A stretch of 61,665 nt of DNA, the filler included, from Platydemus manokwari (Eukaryota), in NCBI GenBank assembly GCA_037951405.1. It is 5 parts of 5 records of this genome, joined end to end, with 100 filler letters (N's around TTAATTAATTAA, not from the genome) between each part and the next. Parts side by side here need not be neighbours in the genome. Positions count along the whole stretch, not along the records: positions 11,331 to 27,816 come from JBBMOY011169212.1; 4 more parts are not named here. One strand, given 5' to 3'. The first letter of the stretch is position 1; the number at the start of each line of letters is the position of its first letter. The position numbers and the translations under genes are program-made. The notes under the pieces are model-generated. The model saw only the letters and a program-made list of their open reading frames with translations, was not told where the DNA came from and searched no databases. Positions 13,486-25,025 of this stretch are shown here, piece after piece.

Positions 13486-14512
13486 GTTAATAAATCTAAA
13501 AAGTTTAAATTATTTTTCAAAACTCTTTACTTATTATTCTTTATAGTTTCAAATAAGAGTTTAGATAATATATTTGTTTTATTATTGAAAGCAGAATATT
13601 TAAAAATATTTAAGATACCTCAATATTAAACATCTTTAAATCCCAAATAATTTTGTTGGTATAAAATTTAACAGTAGGTTTCTTTAATTTTCAGAAATTA
13701 CAGTTTTATTTTTGTAATATTGACGCATATTTACGTTACTATGGTAATGATTAACATCAATATAAAATGATTGAATTGGATATTCTTATCATAATGGTTG
13801 AACACATTATATGATGACTTCACAACTAAAATCTTTTTAAAACTTATATACAGTTTACTTACATACGAATCTAATCAAAGATTTATTAAATCAAAGTATA
13901 ATTTCTTGCACTTATACTTCCCTTATAGCAACCCGAAATAAATCATCTTTGTATAAATTTAATGCTTCTTCGCAATACGCATATTATTGGTAATCATCAT
14001 CTGCTATTTTTTATTCGGTTTTAAAATAAAAATTCACTAACGGTGACTACATTATAGAAATTAAATATTAAAAAAATTCAAAAATATAGACATTTATCAA
14101 AGAAGCTATTTCAAATGGATATTTTTTAAATATTGAAACGAAAAATAGGATATCATGATAATAATAAAATATTAAAATAATATTGAATCTTAAAAATTGA
14201 AAATATAATCAAACCTTGACATCTAAATAATTGAAATTTAAAGATTTAATTAAATTGCAATATTCATTGCACATCGACTTAATATGAAATCATTTTAAAC
14301 ATCAAATTAAAAAAGGTAAGCAAAAATAAATTAATTATTCAAAGGCTGATCATAAATATGAATTTCGTGTGCAAATTCCTCATCAGCACAACCATATTTC
14401 CACAAAATTGAGCATAAATTTACAAATCATTAACCAATTTTAAATCGTATCTTTAAAAAGAAGTGATTGAAACGGATTTTTGAAATTGGTCTAATAAAAT
14501 CAATGAAATTAC

Positions 14513-15016
14513 CGTTCGGGACCATGGTTATCAGGAATAGACAATCGGGCATTACACTACAAAAGTGAATATCAAGGTTTATGTATTTTTCAAATTGGAT
14601 CATTTATATAAAAAAGACCAATTTTCATTTGAGTGTCCAAAGTAATGGTTTGAATAATCGAAATAAAAATTCATTAAAAATAATTCATTTAGTTAAATGT
14701 ATATTATAATTAACTAGAATTTTAGAGATTAAGTTATGTTTAGAATGCAATATTAACCTCGTGTCTAAGACGTTGTATCCTTTCCCCTCCCTTGCCAATA
14801 ATAATACTGGCTGCCTACGAATATCCATTGATTAAAATAATCCATCTGGATAAAATTAATTTACTTTGCTTGGTATTAAAAATCTGAATTCAATTCTATT
14901 ACCACCTTTATTTATATTTTTCATATCCCTTTGATTCATACCACCCCGATTTCTCCGATTAGCATCTAATTTAAATAAAATTATGAGCTAAGTATATTAA
15001 ACTTACTACCAGCCAT
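14513..15016 (-). CDS. hnRNP K-like KH-domain gene, 5' part only (truncated gene or pseudogene)
   Basis: Exons about 15016-15010, 14965-14865, 14814-14758 and 14556-14513 give MA.ANRRNRGGMNQRDMKNINKGGNRIEFRFLIPSKAASIIIGKGGERIQRLRHECNARLSIPDNHGPER, closely resembling hnRNP K KH1 (ELRILLQSKNAGAVIGKGG...SVPDSSGPER). Confidence 0.8.
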
Positions 15017-16349
15017 TGTTATTTTTAAACTATCGGTGAAATTTTAAACAAATGTGCAATACATTAATTAATTACTTATTCGATTTAAGAGAATGTTTAA
15101 TAAGAATGATAGGAAAATAGTTAAAATTAAATTAAATGTATTAAAAATTTTAATTGAAATTAAATATTCAATTAGAAACCATTAAATATAACTGTTAAAA
15201 TGAGTTAAACAGATTATGGTTCAGTAATATTTTTTCAAAATGTCTCAATTATGACACCGTGCTTAAGCATTTCCAATTTTCGGTAAACAGGGAGAAACAA
15301 TTCGTACTTGTCTGGTTTTCTGGAAGCCTTTTTACATTCCCAATGCTTGACATTGGCATGCTTATAGATTTTTATATGGGGCGAAGATTAATATCTTAGA
15401 TCGACCTAGGAACGTTACAACTTTTAGCATAAAGACTGGCCAAGGATGATCCAATATACTTTCATTCAAATTTAAAAACTGATAATATGTAATAGATATA
15501 ACAAAAACCCGAATTTAAATATCAGTTAAAATCAAAAATTTGAACCAGTCTGGTATTTTTTAATTCAACTGGAGATGCTGCATAATAAATTCTGAATACA
15601 AAAAATATTCATATCTTATATTATTTATAATTGAACGGCATTAATTTAACTTGATATTGTCATATCTTATATTACCTGGTTATATTTTATAAAAGCTCAA
15701 TAAGGATTTAATTTTAAATTAAAATGTGCAGTTTTTAAAAATATTTTCATTGAGCGTTACTGCTTCAATTTCTATCTGACTCCAAATATCGATGCAAAAA
15801 ATCTAATAAGGATTTAAAATTGTAAATGAATGAATTCATTAATGTACTAAAATATAACTGATTATCAAATACAATACAATAATAAATGATAACAACAATA
15901 AATGATAAGCTAATAAAAATATCTGATTATTATAAACAAATAACCAGGATTTCATTTATTGCATATGTTGATTTTATTAAGATGGCTTCTAGCGTAGAAC
16001 CTATTTCTTTTTAGGACCTAAAGTTTCTATTGCTGCTATTTAGCTTCGTGTTAGATCGTAAGTGGAACGATTTCGGGATATACAATTGTTTATAGGCAAA
16101 TTTCTGAATAAAAGTAATTTCTGGACGTATATCTAGAACTGCTATGTATTAATATTATAAATGAGTAATAATACACTCAATGTAAGATTCATAACAAGCT
16201 GCATTGCTGATTAGCTCTTCTTATTTAAACTGATTTCAATGTCTCTGTTTCTTCTTTTTACTAATTTAGTATTTCTTAAATATTATTATTGTGTTTGATA
16301 ATAATCATTTTCTATTTTTAGTTGTCATAATTATTTGATCCATTTTTAG

Positions 16350-16600
16350 ATTAAGAAAATGAAGAAGGGAAGGTAAATGTGGGTGGAGAAAAATCTGAAG
16401 GCCATGGATAGTTTGTGCAGGGTGGAGACAAGAAACAATGATACCCTGAAAATCTGAAAGAATATTGTCTAGTTCAAAAGTGATACTGGAACGTTTTGGT
16501 TTCCCATAAGGGACCCCAATGTATCGATATAGATTATTCTCGTCAACAAAGGGGACGAGTTGATTGTTGATTTTAATTTAATATTTGTGAACTATAGTTG
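16350..16600 (-). mobile_element. Non-LTR retrotransposon RT/thumb fragment, NeSL/R5/Utopia-like
   Basis: IKINNQLVPFVDENNLYRYIGVPYGK...IIVSCLHPAQTIHGLQIFLHPHL matches the YRYLGVP and S.L.P.QK...F..P.L motifs of RLE-type LINEs. Confidence 0.65.
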
Positions 16601-19485
16601 GGGTTTTCCGTTTTCGTTTCAAACTCGACGGATTGTTGAATGAAAAAGTTGTTCTCGTTTTCCGTATCTACTGGAAAGGATAATGAATGTCCTCATATTA
16701 ATCTTCATTATATGAATTTTTCTATTTGATCTTATTTGTTCCAGCTCACAGTTCATCTTTCTGTTCATTACATTTTTGGTTTGGTATATTGATTAAGGTA
16801 CTTATTATCTAAAATAAAATATTTAAACAAGATACTTGATTAAATTTTCTGTTTTTTTCAGAAATAGATTTAATTAGGTTTTATTAAAGCTCGGAAAACA
16901 TCATTCACATCAATAGAAAATTAAACCATAAAACAATTATTAGTTTCCAAAAATATACTTATAAATAAAAATAGTAAAAGATGTTGCTAAAAACAGACAT
17001 AGGACAAAAAAATCTTAGGAACCAACTTTAAATCATATTTTAAAAAACCCTTTATTATGCATAGTATGAGTAAATTTTCTATTGTGGCAAGTGAATTTAA
17101 GTCATCGGATATCTTGCCGTCATTTAGCCTAGAATGTTTTTAAAATCTAAAATTTATCACATAAAAGCATTTACTGTTGTGAAAATTTAAAAATGAGAAT
17201 GGTGATGAAATAAGGAATAAAAGTCACGTTTTCAATGTTAGAGTGTAGACTAACTAATAAAATATCATGAAAAGCACTAATAATAAACACAGGGTAACTA
17301 AAAAGGAAATAATAATAAAATTCAACACTTTAAATTACAAAATATGGAAACTTAAAATTTTAATATAATTTTCACTATGAAAACTACAATAAATCGATGA
17401 TTGACTTGCATTTATTAGACAAAACAATAACAATGAGTAATTTGTACGTAATGCTTTGTAAGCTCCTTCGAGACTTGAAGTATTTTACTAAATATTGATA
17501 GTTAATACTTGATGTTTGGCAAAATTGTTCTACAGTATGGTCAGAGTGTGTTGTTAATTCAAAGTTGATTATGACATTGCTGATAAATAATATAGAGTTT
17601 GACCCTTTACGGTAATTGCATTATTGAACTATATAACTGAATAATTTGAATTGTGTTCGATGTGAGAATGAGCTAGGTAAGTAGGAAGGAAACAGATTGT
17701 GATAGAGCAGAATTAATGTAGACATCTAAAACCCTAAAATGAAATATACAAATATATAAACATTAAGATGGAAATATTAATTAAATGCTACATGTCGTAC
17801 ATTAAGTTGTTTTCATAGTTGTCTAGATTTATTACATAGCAAAGATATTTCGCTTTCTTAACTAGTAGTCAGTGGGGAATAATTTTTCGATGTACATTTC
17901 ATTTTGTTTAAGTCAAATCCGAATAGCACTGGGACTCATTCGTTCGCTGTGAACACACTTCAAAATTATCAATCGCAGTTTCGCGGTCATTGTGTAATTC
18001 ATCAGAAATTTGTGCTAAAAACTACTAGAATGGAAAATAATAACAAAAAATAACAAAACACATCTTCACACGAATTTTCTCTGATTTAAAAATTAAATGT
18101 AAATGTATGATTAGTTCTATAGCCTATAAATGATTTTTAACACATGATTTTCTTCATGACGACGTGAACTTTGGAACCGCGACAGTTGCACTCTACTAAG
18201 ATCTCACATAAAACATTATAAAAGGTGTCTCTCAAATACGACCTTACTAAAAAGAGAAAACGATAAAAGGCGGAGAAGAATTACTGTCTTTCTAATACAC
18301 CCTATAAACCGACCCATAATCTGCAAGATAGGAGGACTATCAGAGAACGCATTCTTCTCATTCGTTATATCTATCTGAATCAATATGTGAGTTATCATTG
18401 CAACAAGAGTGACCTCTCAAACTCTTGGAAACATTAAAATCATTATTTATAACTACTGAACATTTAGTAATTTCATTACACACCATTAAACACATGGGAC
18501 TCGCCAGAGCCTCAGGGTCTCCGATAGTTTTCCTCGGTTCTACGTCGGGTAAGTTTAAAGCAGGAAGTGTATTACATGTTTGTTATGTTTTTCTACTCTG
18601 AGCAAGTCATCAATCAACTCATAATTTTATTTTAATTGATATAATATTTTATAATATTTATATTATAATTGAAAGCAAAGTATTTACGTACTACTTGATA
18701 AAGAAAAGAGAAACTTCAGCATTCACATTTTAAATTAAATAGAACCAATTCAAATGACATGAACTAAGATCAAGCAAATTTGATTAATTTAAATTAAAAC
18801 AATTCGTACTACAAGTAGGCTATGTGATAAACGTTAGGCATTTAATAGAACTCAATGATTTTAATTTTATTTAAGATCTAATTATACGAGTAAAAATATT
18901 CATTGTTATATTTATTTATAACTTAAATATTCACTTTACGAAAATAAATTTAATCATTTTCGTTTGAAAAATTAATCTTCAATGGTACAAATAACCCGTT
19001 GAAGTTCTTAATAAAATCAGTTCATTAAAATCCAAAATTTTCTACTTGCATTTGATATATTGCAATACTTTTAATTAAATTTTACTGATTAGTAACTGAC
19101 ATTTAAATTTTGATTAAAATTTTATTTTTAACTGAACTTTCTTAATCTATCAAATTTTTAATTTTCTAAGTTTTGACTTGTAATCCACTTAATATCACAT
19201 GTTTGTTAAAATACTTGAATTAAACATCTTCAATTTATAAATCTATTTTACATTATTATATAGTTTTTATATTTATAGTTTGAAGTGATATGATTTAGAA
19301 ATTGACATGTTTAATATAAGCAACGAATTGTCCATTTGATATGCTATCATACCAACAAAATTTGTAAATAAAACATTGCAATTTTGTTTAATCTCATCAA
19401 TTCCAAGCAACCAAATTAGATAATTTCTTATTTAATGTTAGTAGATACATTTTATTAATAATTTACAGTTTAGCTTCTATATTCT

Positions 19486-20625
19486 ATGAATAAATATGTT
19501 TCAGAGAGTATTGTCGTTTTATTTAAAGTTTTAAAAAAATTCAATTTTAATACTCTTAAACCTTCAGATATTAATGAAATTTCCAAAAATAATTCAAATT
19601 TTTTATTGTCAATTTTGAAAGTATTGTTCGATGCTATACAGTATATCAAGTATTCCGAAATTAACATAAGCACTACTAATGAGTTTTTTGATAATTTTCC
19701 AATTGACTCAATTTATTTATTTATTTCTGAAGAACTGACAAATTTAGGATGGTTATGTTTGGAAGACGATATCAAACAGCCCATAAAATGCTTTTTCGCA
19801 TTTTCTTACTTGTTTTCCAATTTTATAATTGGGAAAATCATTCAGAGTTGCTTATATTTTACTGAGCCGATTGCAGTTCCATTGAAAGCTTCTATGGATA
19901 ATGTAAAGAATATATCATTAAATTTTGAAAATATTCAAGATTGTAATATTTTAAAGCACAAAACAAATATACTGATAAAGCAAATAGTTACACTTTCTGA
20001 ACAGATTTATAAACGAGAAAATAAGTTAAAAGAATTAACCAAGAATAAAAATATGTTTCACAATGGCTTGGGTATGCCTATTGAATTAGTATATGTCCTT
20101 AAGAATTCATCTTCGTTGGATAATTGTTTAACAGAACTGAAAGATAGAAACGAATTTTTAAGTGCATTATATGAATGGTTTAAATGCGAAACAGTCTTCT
20201 GGGAATGGTTGAAAGAATTAAAATTATCATTCCAAGAAGATCTCATCGAAAATGAGGTGGATAAACAAAGGGAATTAATGCATTTCAAAGAAAGAGAAAT
20301 GTCTAAATGCAAGGAAAAGTTATTTGAATATGAACATTTGACAAATGCATTGGATGAGAAATGGCTTCATCTAGTTAAAGATTCGAATTCGAACTTTACG
20401 GAATTAGTTTGTAAATTAAATGCAGAATGTTTTGTTGAAATTTGCAATAACAATTTAGCAGATTCGCTGTGGATTTATCGAAATTGCTTGCCATCTTCGG
20501 AATCATTAATCAGTGTTAATCAGAAACTTTTACAAACAATCAAGAAATTCGACGATAAATGTTACAATAAATTAACCAAACTATCTCACAGTGTCGATGG
20601 TCTCATTTTGGACGGCTCAAATTAG
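19486..20625 (+). CDS. TEDC1: Tubulin epsilon and delta complex protein 1-like, intronless, 379 aa
   Basis: Intact long ORF in AT-rich DNA. LKDRNEFLSALYEWFKCETVFWEWL resembles the TEDC1/C14orf80 signature (LERENQRLEAVLAWRRSELVFWRWM), and LTNLGW...CFFAFSYL parallels L...GY...LLLALSWL. Followed by AATAAA near 20646. Confidence 0.75.
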   Translation: MNKYVSESIVVLFKVLKKFNFNTLKPSDINEISKNNSNFLLSILKVLFDAIQYIKYSEINISTTNEFFDNFPIDSIYLFISEELTNLGWLCLEDDIKQPIKCFFAFSYLFSNFIIGKIIQSCLYFTEPIAVPLKASMDNVKNISLNFENIQDCNILKHKTNILIKQIVTLSEQIYKRENKLKELTKNKNMFHNGLGMPIELVYVLKNSSSLDNCLTELKDRNEFLSALYEWFKCETVFWEWLKELKLSFQEDLIENEVDKQRELMHFKEREMSKCKEKLFEYEHLTNALDEKWLHLVKDSNSNFTELVCKLNAECFVEICNNNLADSLWIYRNCLPSSESLISVNQKLLQTIKKFDDKCYNKLTKLSHSVDGLILDGSN

Positions 20626-20719
20626 TGGTTTTATATGGTTTTAAAAATAAAATTTCTATTTTTTGTTTTAAATATTTATTGTAATTTGCATTTTCTATAT
20701 CAATATAAATTGATTGTAT

Positions 20720-20800
20720 TTGATTGGTTTGTGTAAAAATTTGATTGGTTGATACAAAAATATTGGATATTTAAGCATCTGATTGGTTGATATAAATAGA
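20720..20800 (+). promoter_or_regulatory. Cluster of inverted CCAAT boxes followed by a TATA-like element
   Basis: ATTGG at about 20723, 20744, 20762 and 20782, then TATAAATA at about 20791. Confidence 0.3.
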
Positions 20801-21922
20801 ATTCAGTGGTGTGTATTGTCTTATTTTTGCAGTTTATTATAATAATTCAATATTTAATTAATTTAAGGAACTGATTTTATTTTAATTATTTAGTTTTACC
20901 ACTTAATAAAAATGTTTGGTGTCAATTTTATATGAACTCGATTCATCTTTGTAATGTTTTGTTTGACTTCCATGCATTTGATTGTTTTCAATGTTAACTT
21001 TTTATAATCACAATTTTGCAACATTAACAAGGTAATTAACCATTTGCCTTTATTTAGCAGTACAAGCTTTGATTTGCTTCGTTTTTATCGAGATTTTTAA
21101 TATGATTTTTAAATCAATTTAATAATTGTAAATTTATTATTGTTTTGATCAGTGTTAGCATTTTATGTGAATCTTAGCAATGTAAATTTTAATTATTGAT
21201 TTTATTTTATGAATAAAATATAAATAACAAAGAAAAATGATAGATAATACTGACAAGTCGAATTACTTGTTTGTATAAATTTATGTCTTACCCGAAAACT
21301 TATAAATTTACTGATAATTTAAGCAAATGCATAATTAACATTTCCAACCTTGGCAGTCGAATTAACATTCTAAATCTGAGTCTAATCTGAGTCAAAAACT
21401 GGTTCAAATTATCAACACACAACGTCAACGCAAGTGCCGAACTGTCACACACACTGGTAGCGAAAATGAGAACTAAACATTTAAACTGCACCGAGATAGG
21501 CAGTGGTGCATTAAATGAGAACTGAGAATTGGTTACTTATGATTAAGCATATTATAAATTTTATAAAATTTAGTAAATATTTAGATTAAATTGGATTGTT
21601 TTGTGTTCATATTTAGATGATTATCAAGATAAGAAAAATAAATAGAATTAGAAATCATGTCCCGACAATTTATTGACTTTTTGATTCTTCCAAAGATACT
21701 GATAAATTAAAATTTGTATGCTAAAGTTAAACGATAGTGGTTCAAAGATAAAATTATACAAATTAACTTTTAGTATTCTTTTCGATAAATAATATTTTCG
21801 AAATTTTGGATATTTGTAGTTAATTTTAAACCAAGTCAAAATAATGATAGCATTTGATAAATAAATTTCTAATCGATTTATTTATTGATTTTCAAATAAA
21901 TAATATTTAGTATTATATAATC

Positions 21923-22225
21923 CAGTGGTTTTCAACGTTTTCGCTGGAGAGGAATCCTATGGAAACATTTCTCTGGCTCGAGGAACCTCTGTGCAATAAT
22001 GTAGCGAGTTTAATTATGTTAAATTTAATATATTCAAACAATAACTAATAATAAAATAATACAAATAATAATGAAATAATAATAATATAATAGACTTTCG
22101 AAATTGAAATTAACATGCTATTTATTTATTCGTTGTTCTGGTTTAGAAATTTAGAAAATGCAGAAACACATGGAGTGTACTGACTGAATCATAAAGTTCC
22201 ACGGAGCACTGGTTGAAAACCACTT
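21923..22225. mobile_element. hAT-type MITE with TIRs and 8-bp TSD
   Basis: Ends CAGTGGTTTTCAAC and GTTGAAAACCACTT; flanks ATATAATC and ATTTAATC (7/8 match). Confidence 0.88.
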
Positions 22226-23356
22226 ATTTAATCAAATTAGTTGAATATACAATTCATGCTTAATCTTTAGAATTTTGCCTTATCAAATTAAAATTTTACT
22301 AAAATAATATCTATTTCACTTTTATAGTTAAATTAATTTTTCTTCGCTTAAAATTAATTGAAGTCTATTAACGATTATTTTTCGACGAGACTCATAATTA
22401 TGATTCGAAATATTTTCCAGAATAAATGACAAATTTTTAGAGATATTTGCTAATATTGTGATGACACTAAGTTATAAAATTTAATACCTGACAAAATTTT
22501 TAATACAAGATAATCTTGATTAAAATACTAAAATTATAATGGTTCTGTAGGTGTGTAACACATAATAACTTCAATGTTTACATTTAAACGGGAACCGTGT
22601 TAAGTTAAAAATCCGAAATTCATGTTATATAAGGAAAAAGAAACAATATCTCTCATTATCTCTTGCATACAGCTGATTAATCCAACAAAATGCTATTTCA
22701 GATACACTGAATCTATTGAGGATATATTGAGTTTCTACAAGCAAGCTTTGATGTTAATCCGCTCCACTTTCATTAGTAGGTCCACCTGAAAGTATATTCA
22801 GAATATTTTTAATTGACGTCATAGATAATATAAAAATAATCTTATGATAGTCACTGAATAAACACGGAGGGAGAAGACATTAAATATTGATTATGAGTGA
22901 ATTAAACCAGTTCTAATTAAAAGTTAATATGTATTTTGTGTGAAGAATATCAATAACAATTTAGTCTCGTTGTTAGTCTTCATCAATTTTGTATTTAAAT
23001 GAACAGATATTCGCACTATTGATCAGTGATAAGGTCTCTGGGAAAAGCCATATAATGGAAAACTGTGTTCAAAGACCGTATTATAATAATCAACAAATTA
23101 AAATAAACTCAATTCCGTTTAATTAAATATAATAATGCCTTGTCCACAGGCCTAACATGCAGTGTATATGTAAACACATACGTCTGCATATATGTAAGCA
23201 GTGCATTTATAAGGACACACACATGACCTCTAATAAGTATACATACAAACATGTACAGAATATACAGGCGAGCAAATAAATTTATGGAGGTTGACTAAGA
23301 TATTTTACTATCAGTTGCATAAAAAATCCAAAATCATCAAGATAAATCATCTAAAC

Positions 23357-23625
23357 TAGTGGCCTTCACACTTTTTGTGTTGCGACCCATTTTACAAGTC
23401 CAAATTTTTTCGTGACCCCAGAGACAAAAATAAAAATAGTAAAGTAAAATTTTTTAATAAAGCATTTTTTAACGCTAAAAAATTAAAATATATTTAATAA
23501 TAACAACGATTTTGCATATTCTGGCATAAAACATCGAATATTGGCTCTATTTCTGTGATGGTTGGTCTCAGTACTAATTCTAGATCTTTAAAATTGAATC
23601 GATATTTTGTCTTAATATAAGAATC
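23357..23625 (-). mobile_element. hAT (Buster/Charlie-like) transposon end with transposase C-terminus
   Basis: TIR-like TAGTGGCCTTCACACTTTTT...GCGACCCA. Minus-strand IKTKYRFNFKDLELVLRPTITEIEPIFDVLCQNMQ resembles the Buster C-terminal IKTKYR..L...LR......P.FD.L motif. Confidence 0.7.
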
Positions 23626-24554
23626 CACTTTTGAATAACACTGATCTAAATGATCATTGAAATATATAACAAAAACAAAGCATATTAAATATTAAGTATT
23701 ATTTTATGATAGGAAAGTTTTTTCTTTGATTGTTATTTAAAATTAATATTTAATTCTTTTATAAAATAAAAATATCAAAGGAAATGGTTTCAAGTTAATT
23801 ATGGATCTACAAATTTTTGAAGAAAGTCATGCAATTTTTCTTTATTCAATTCAACGATTTTATCTGGCATTCGTTGTGATAATAAAATTCTGATATATTT
23901 ATTAAACCAACAGCCGTCAAATGGGTCATGCTACTGAACTGCTGTCATTAAACATCCACTCAAGTTTGAATTGAAGCTCAGTTAATTTTCATTGCAATTC
24001 CGATCGTAATAATATTCGAGATAATTATTTATTCAATCTGAGATCATGAAACTGAATTGAAAATAAATACATGCATTTCTATTCATTGTCTACATATGAT
24101 GAATCTTTAAATATCTATTTTTAATTTTGAAGTTTTTAATTTTTTCACAACTATAATTTTTTAAATATATTTTAGGAATTTAATTACAACATTTGCCAAA
24201 GGCCAAGCGTTAAATGAGATTGGAGTTGATTAAAGTGGGTGCACTTTAAATGTATCTGTGAGGAAATTGTGATACCGATGACTAGAAGGTTACCAAAATC
24301 GGTTTATCGTTGGATTAAATTTTGGAAAAATGAATGATTGTTCTTGGGTGAACTAATTTGATGATGCGATTATTAATAGTACTAGAGATTCATTTGATTA
24401 AAACAAATAATTTAAAGTACAGAATCTATTTAAAATAAAATATTATCAACATACTTACTATATAGTGTATTTAAACAAAAATTTGGTGTAATTTTATACC
24501 ATATTTTTCAACTATTTATATCAGTTGATAATATGTACTCTATATAATTATAAT

Positions 24555-24560
24555 TAATTA

Positions 24561-24600
<40 letters not shown>
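24555..24600. repeat. (ATT)n microsatellite (another at about 48998-49028)
   Basis: Direct inspection. Confidence 0.95.
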
Positions 24601-24845
24601 TTAAATTAATTGTCTGATGAATTATCCATCAAACTCGTAACTCAATCTGTAATCCATTATGAATTGAATTGCTTTAAGATTTCGTACTCCAACGAGATTT
24701 ATCCTGACTGCAATAATGCGTCGTAGTTTACGGGTTCTCCGTGGTTTTTTTTAGCCACAATCTATAATCCGGGGTTTTGAATTATTTGATGAATTGGTCT
24801 CTTAATTAGTATAGAAACGGAGAGCTATTTTCTAGAATTTTTTTA

Positions 24846-24903
24846 GTTCTATCTGTCTCTGGTCTGAATCACTGATGAGGCCCATGGAACGCAAAAATAG
24901 GAC
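24846..24903 (+). ncRNA. Second, more degenerate type III hammerhead-like copy
   Basis: GTTCTAT-C ... CTGATGA GGCCCATGGAACGC AAAA ATAGGAC. It is paralogous to the downstream copy, and the GAAA box is mutated. Confidence 0.45.
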
Positions 24904-24967
24904 ACTATTCGTATCACAAAATCGCCATCATCATTGCAGCTATCGTTCTTGAAGGTCCTGAGAGATC

Positions 24968-25025
24968 GTCCTATATATCTCTGAACTAAGATTCTGACGA
25001 GCCCTATGGAGACCCGAAATAGGAC
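24968..25025 (+). ncRNA. Type III hammerhead ribozyme-like motif (degenerate stem II)
   Basis: GTCCTAT-A / TATCT-loop-AGATT / CTGACGA / G..C / GAA-ATAGGAC: complete core boxes, perfect 7-bp stem III, 4-bp stem I, AUA cleavage triplet. Confidence 0.6.

Noticed and set aside
13500-14500. Search for miR-7 (hosted in hnRNP K introns in other animals) or a C/D snoRNA near the KH gene
   Set aside because: No TGGAAGAC seed hairpin was seen, and the TGATGA at about 14385 has no downstream CTGA D box.
20058-20312. Antisense and shadow ORFs (also 19470-19673, 12596-12778, 33188-33370, 8569-8784, 41160-41441) and other 60-100 aa AT-rich ORFs
   Set aside because: They are explained by overlap with real genes or transposons, or by compositional bias.
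24185-24235. KGQALNEIGVD* resembling a Helitron/PIF1 helicase motif
   Set aside because: A single short motif without supporting neighbours.
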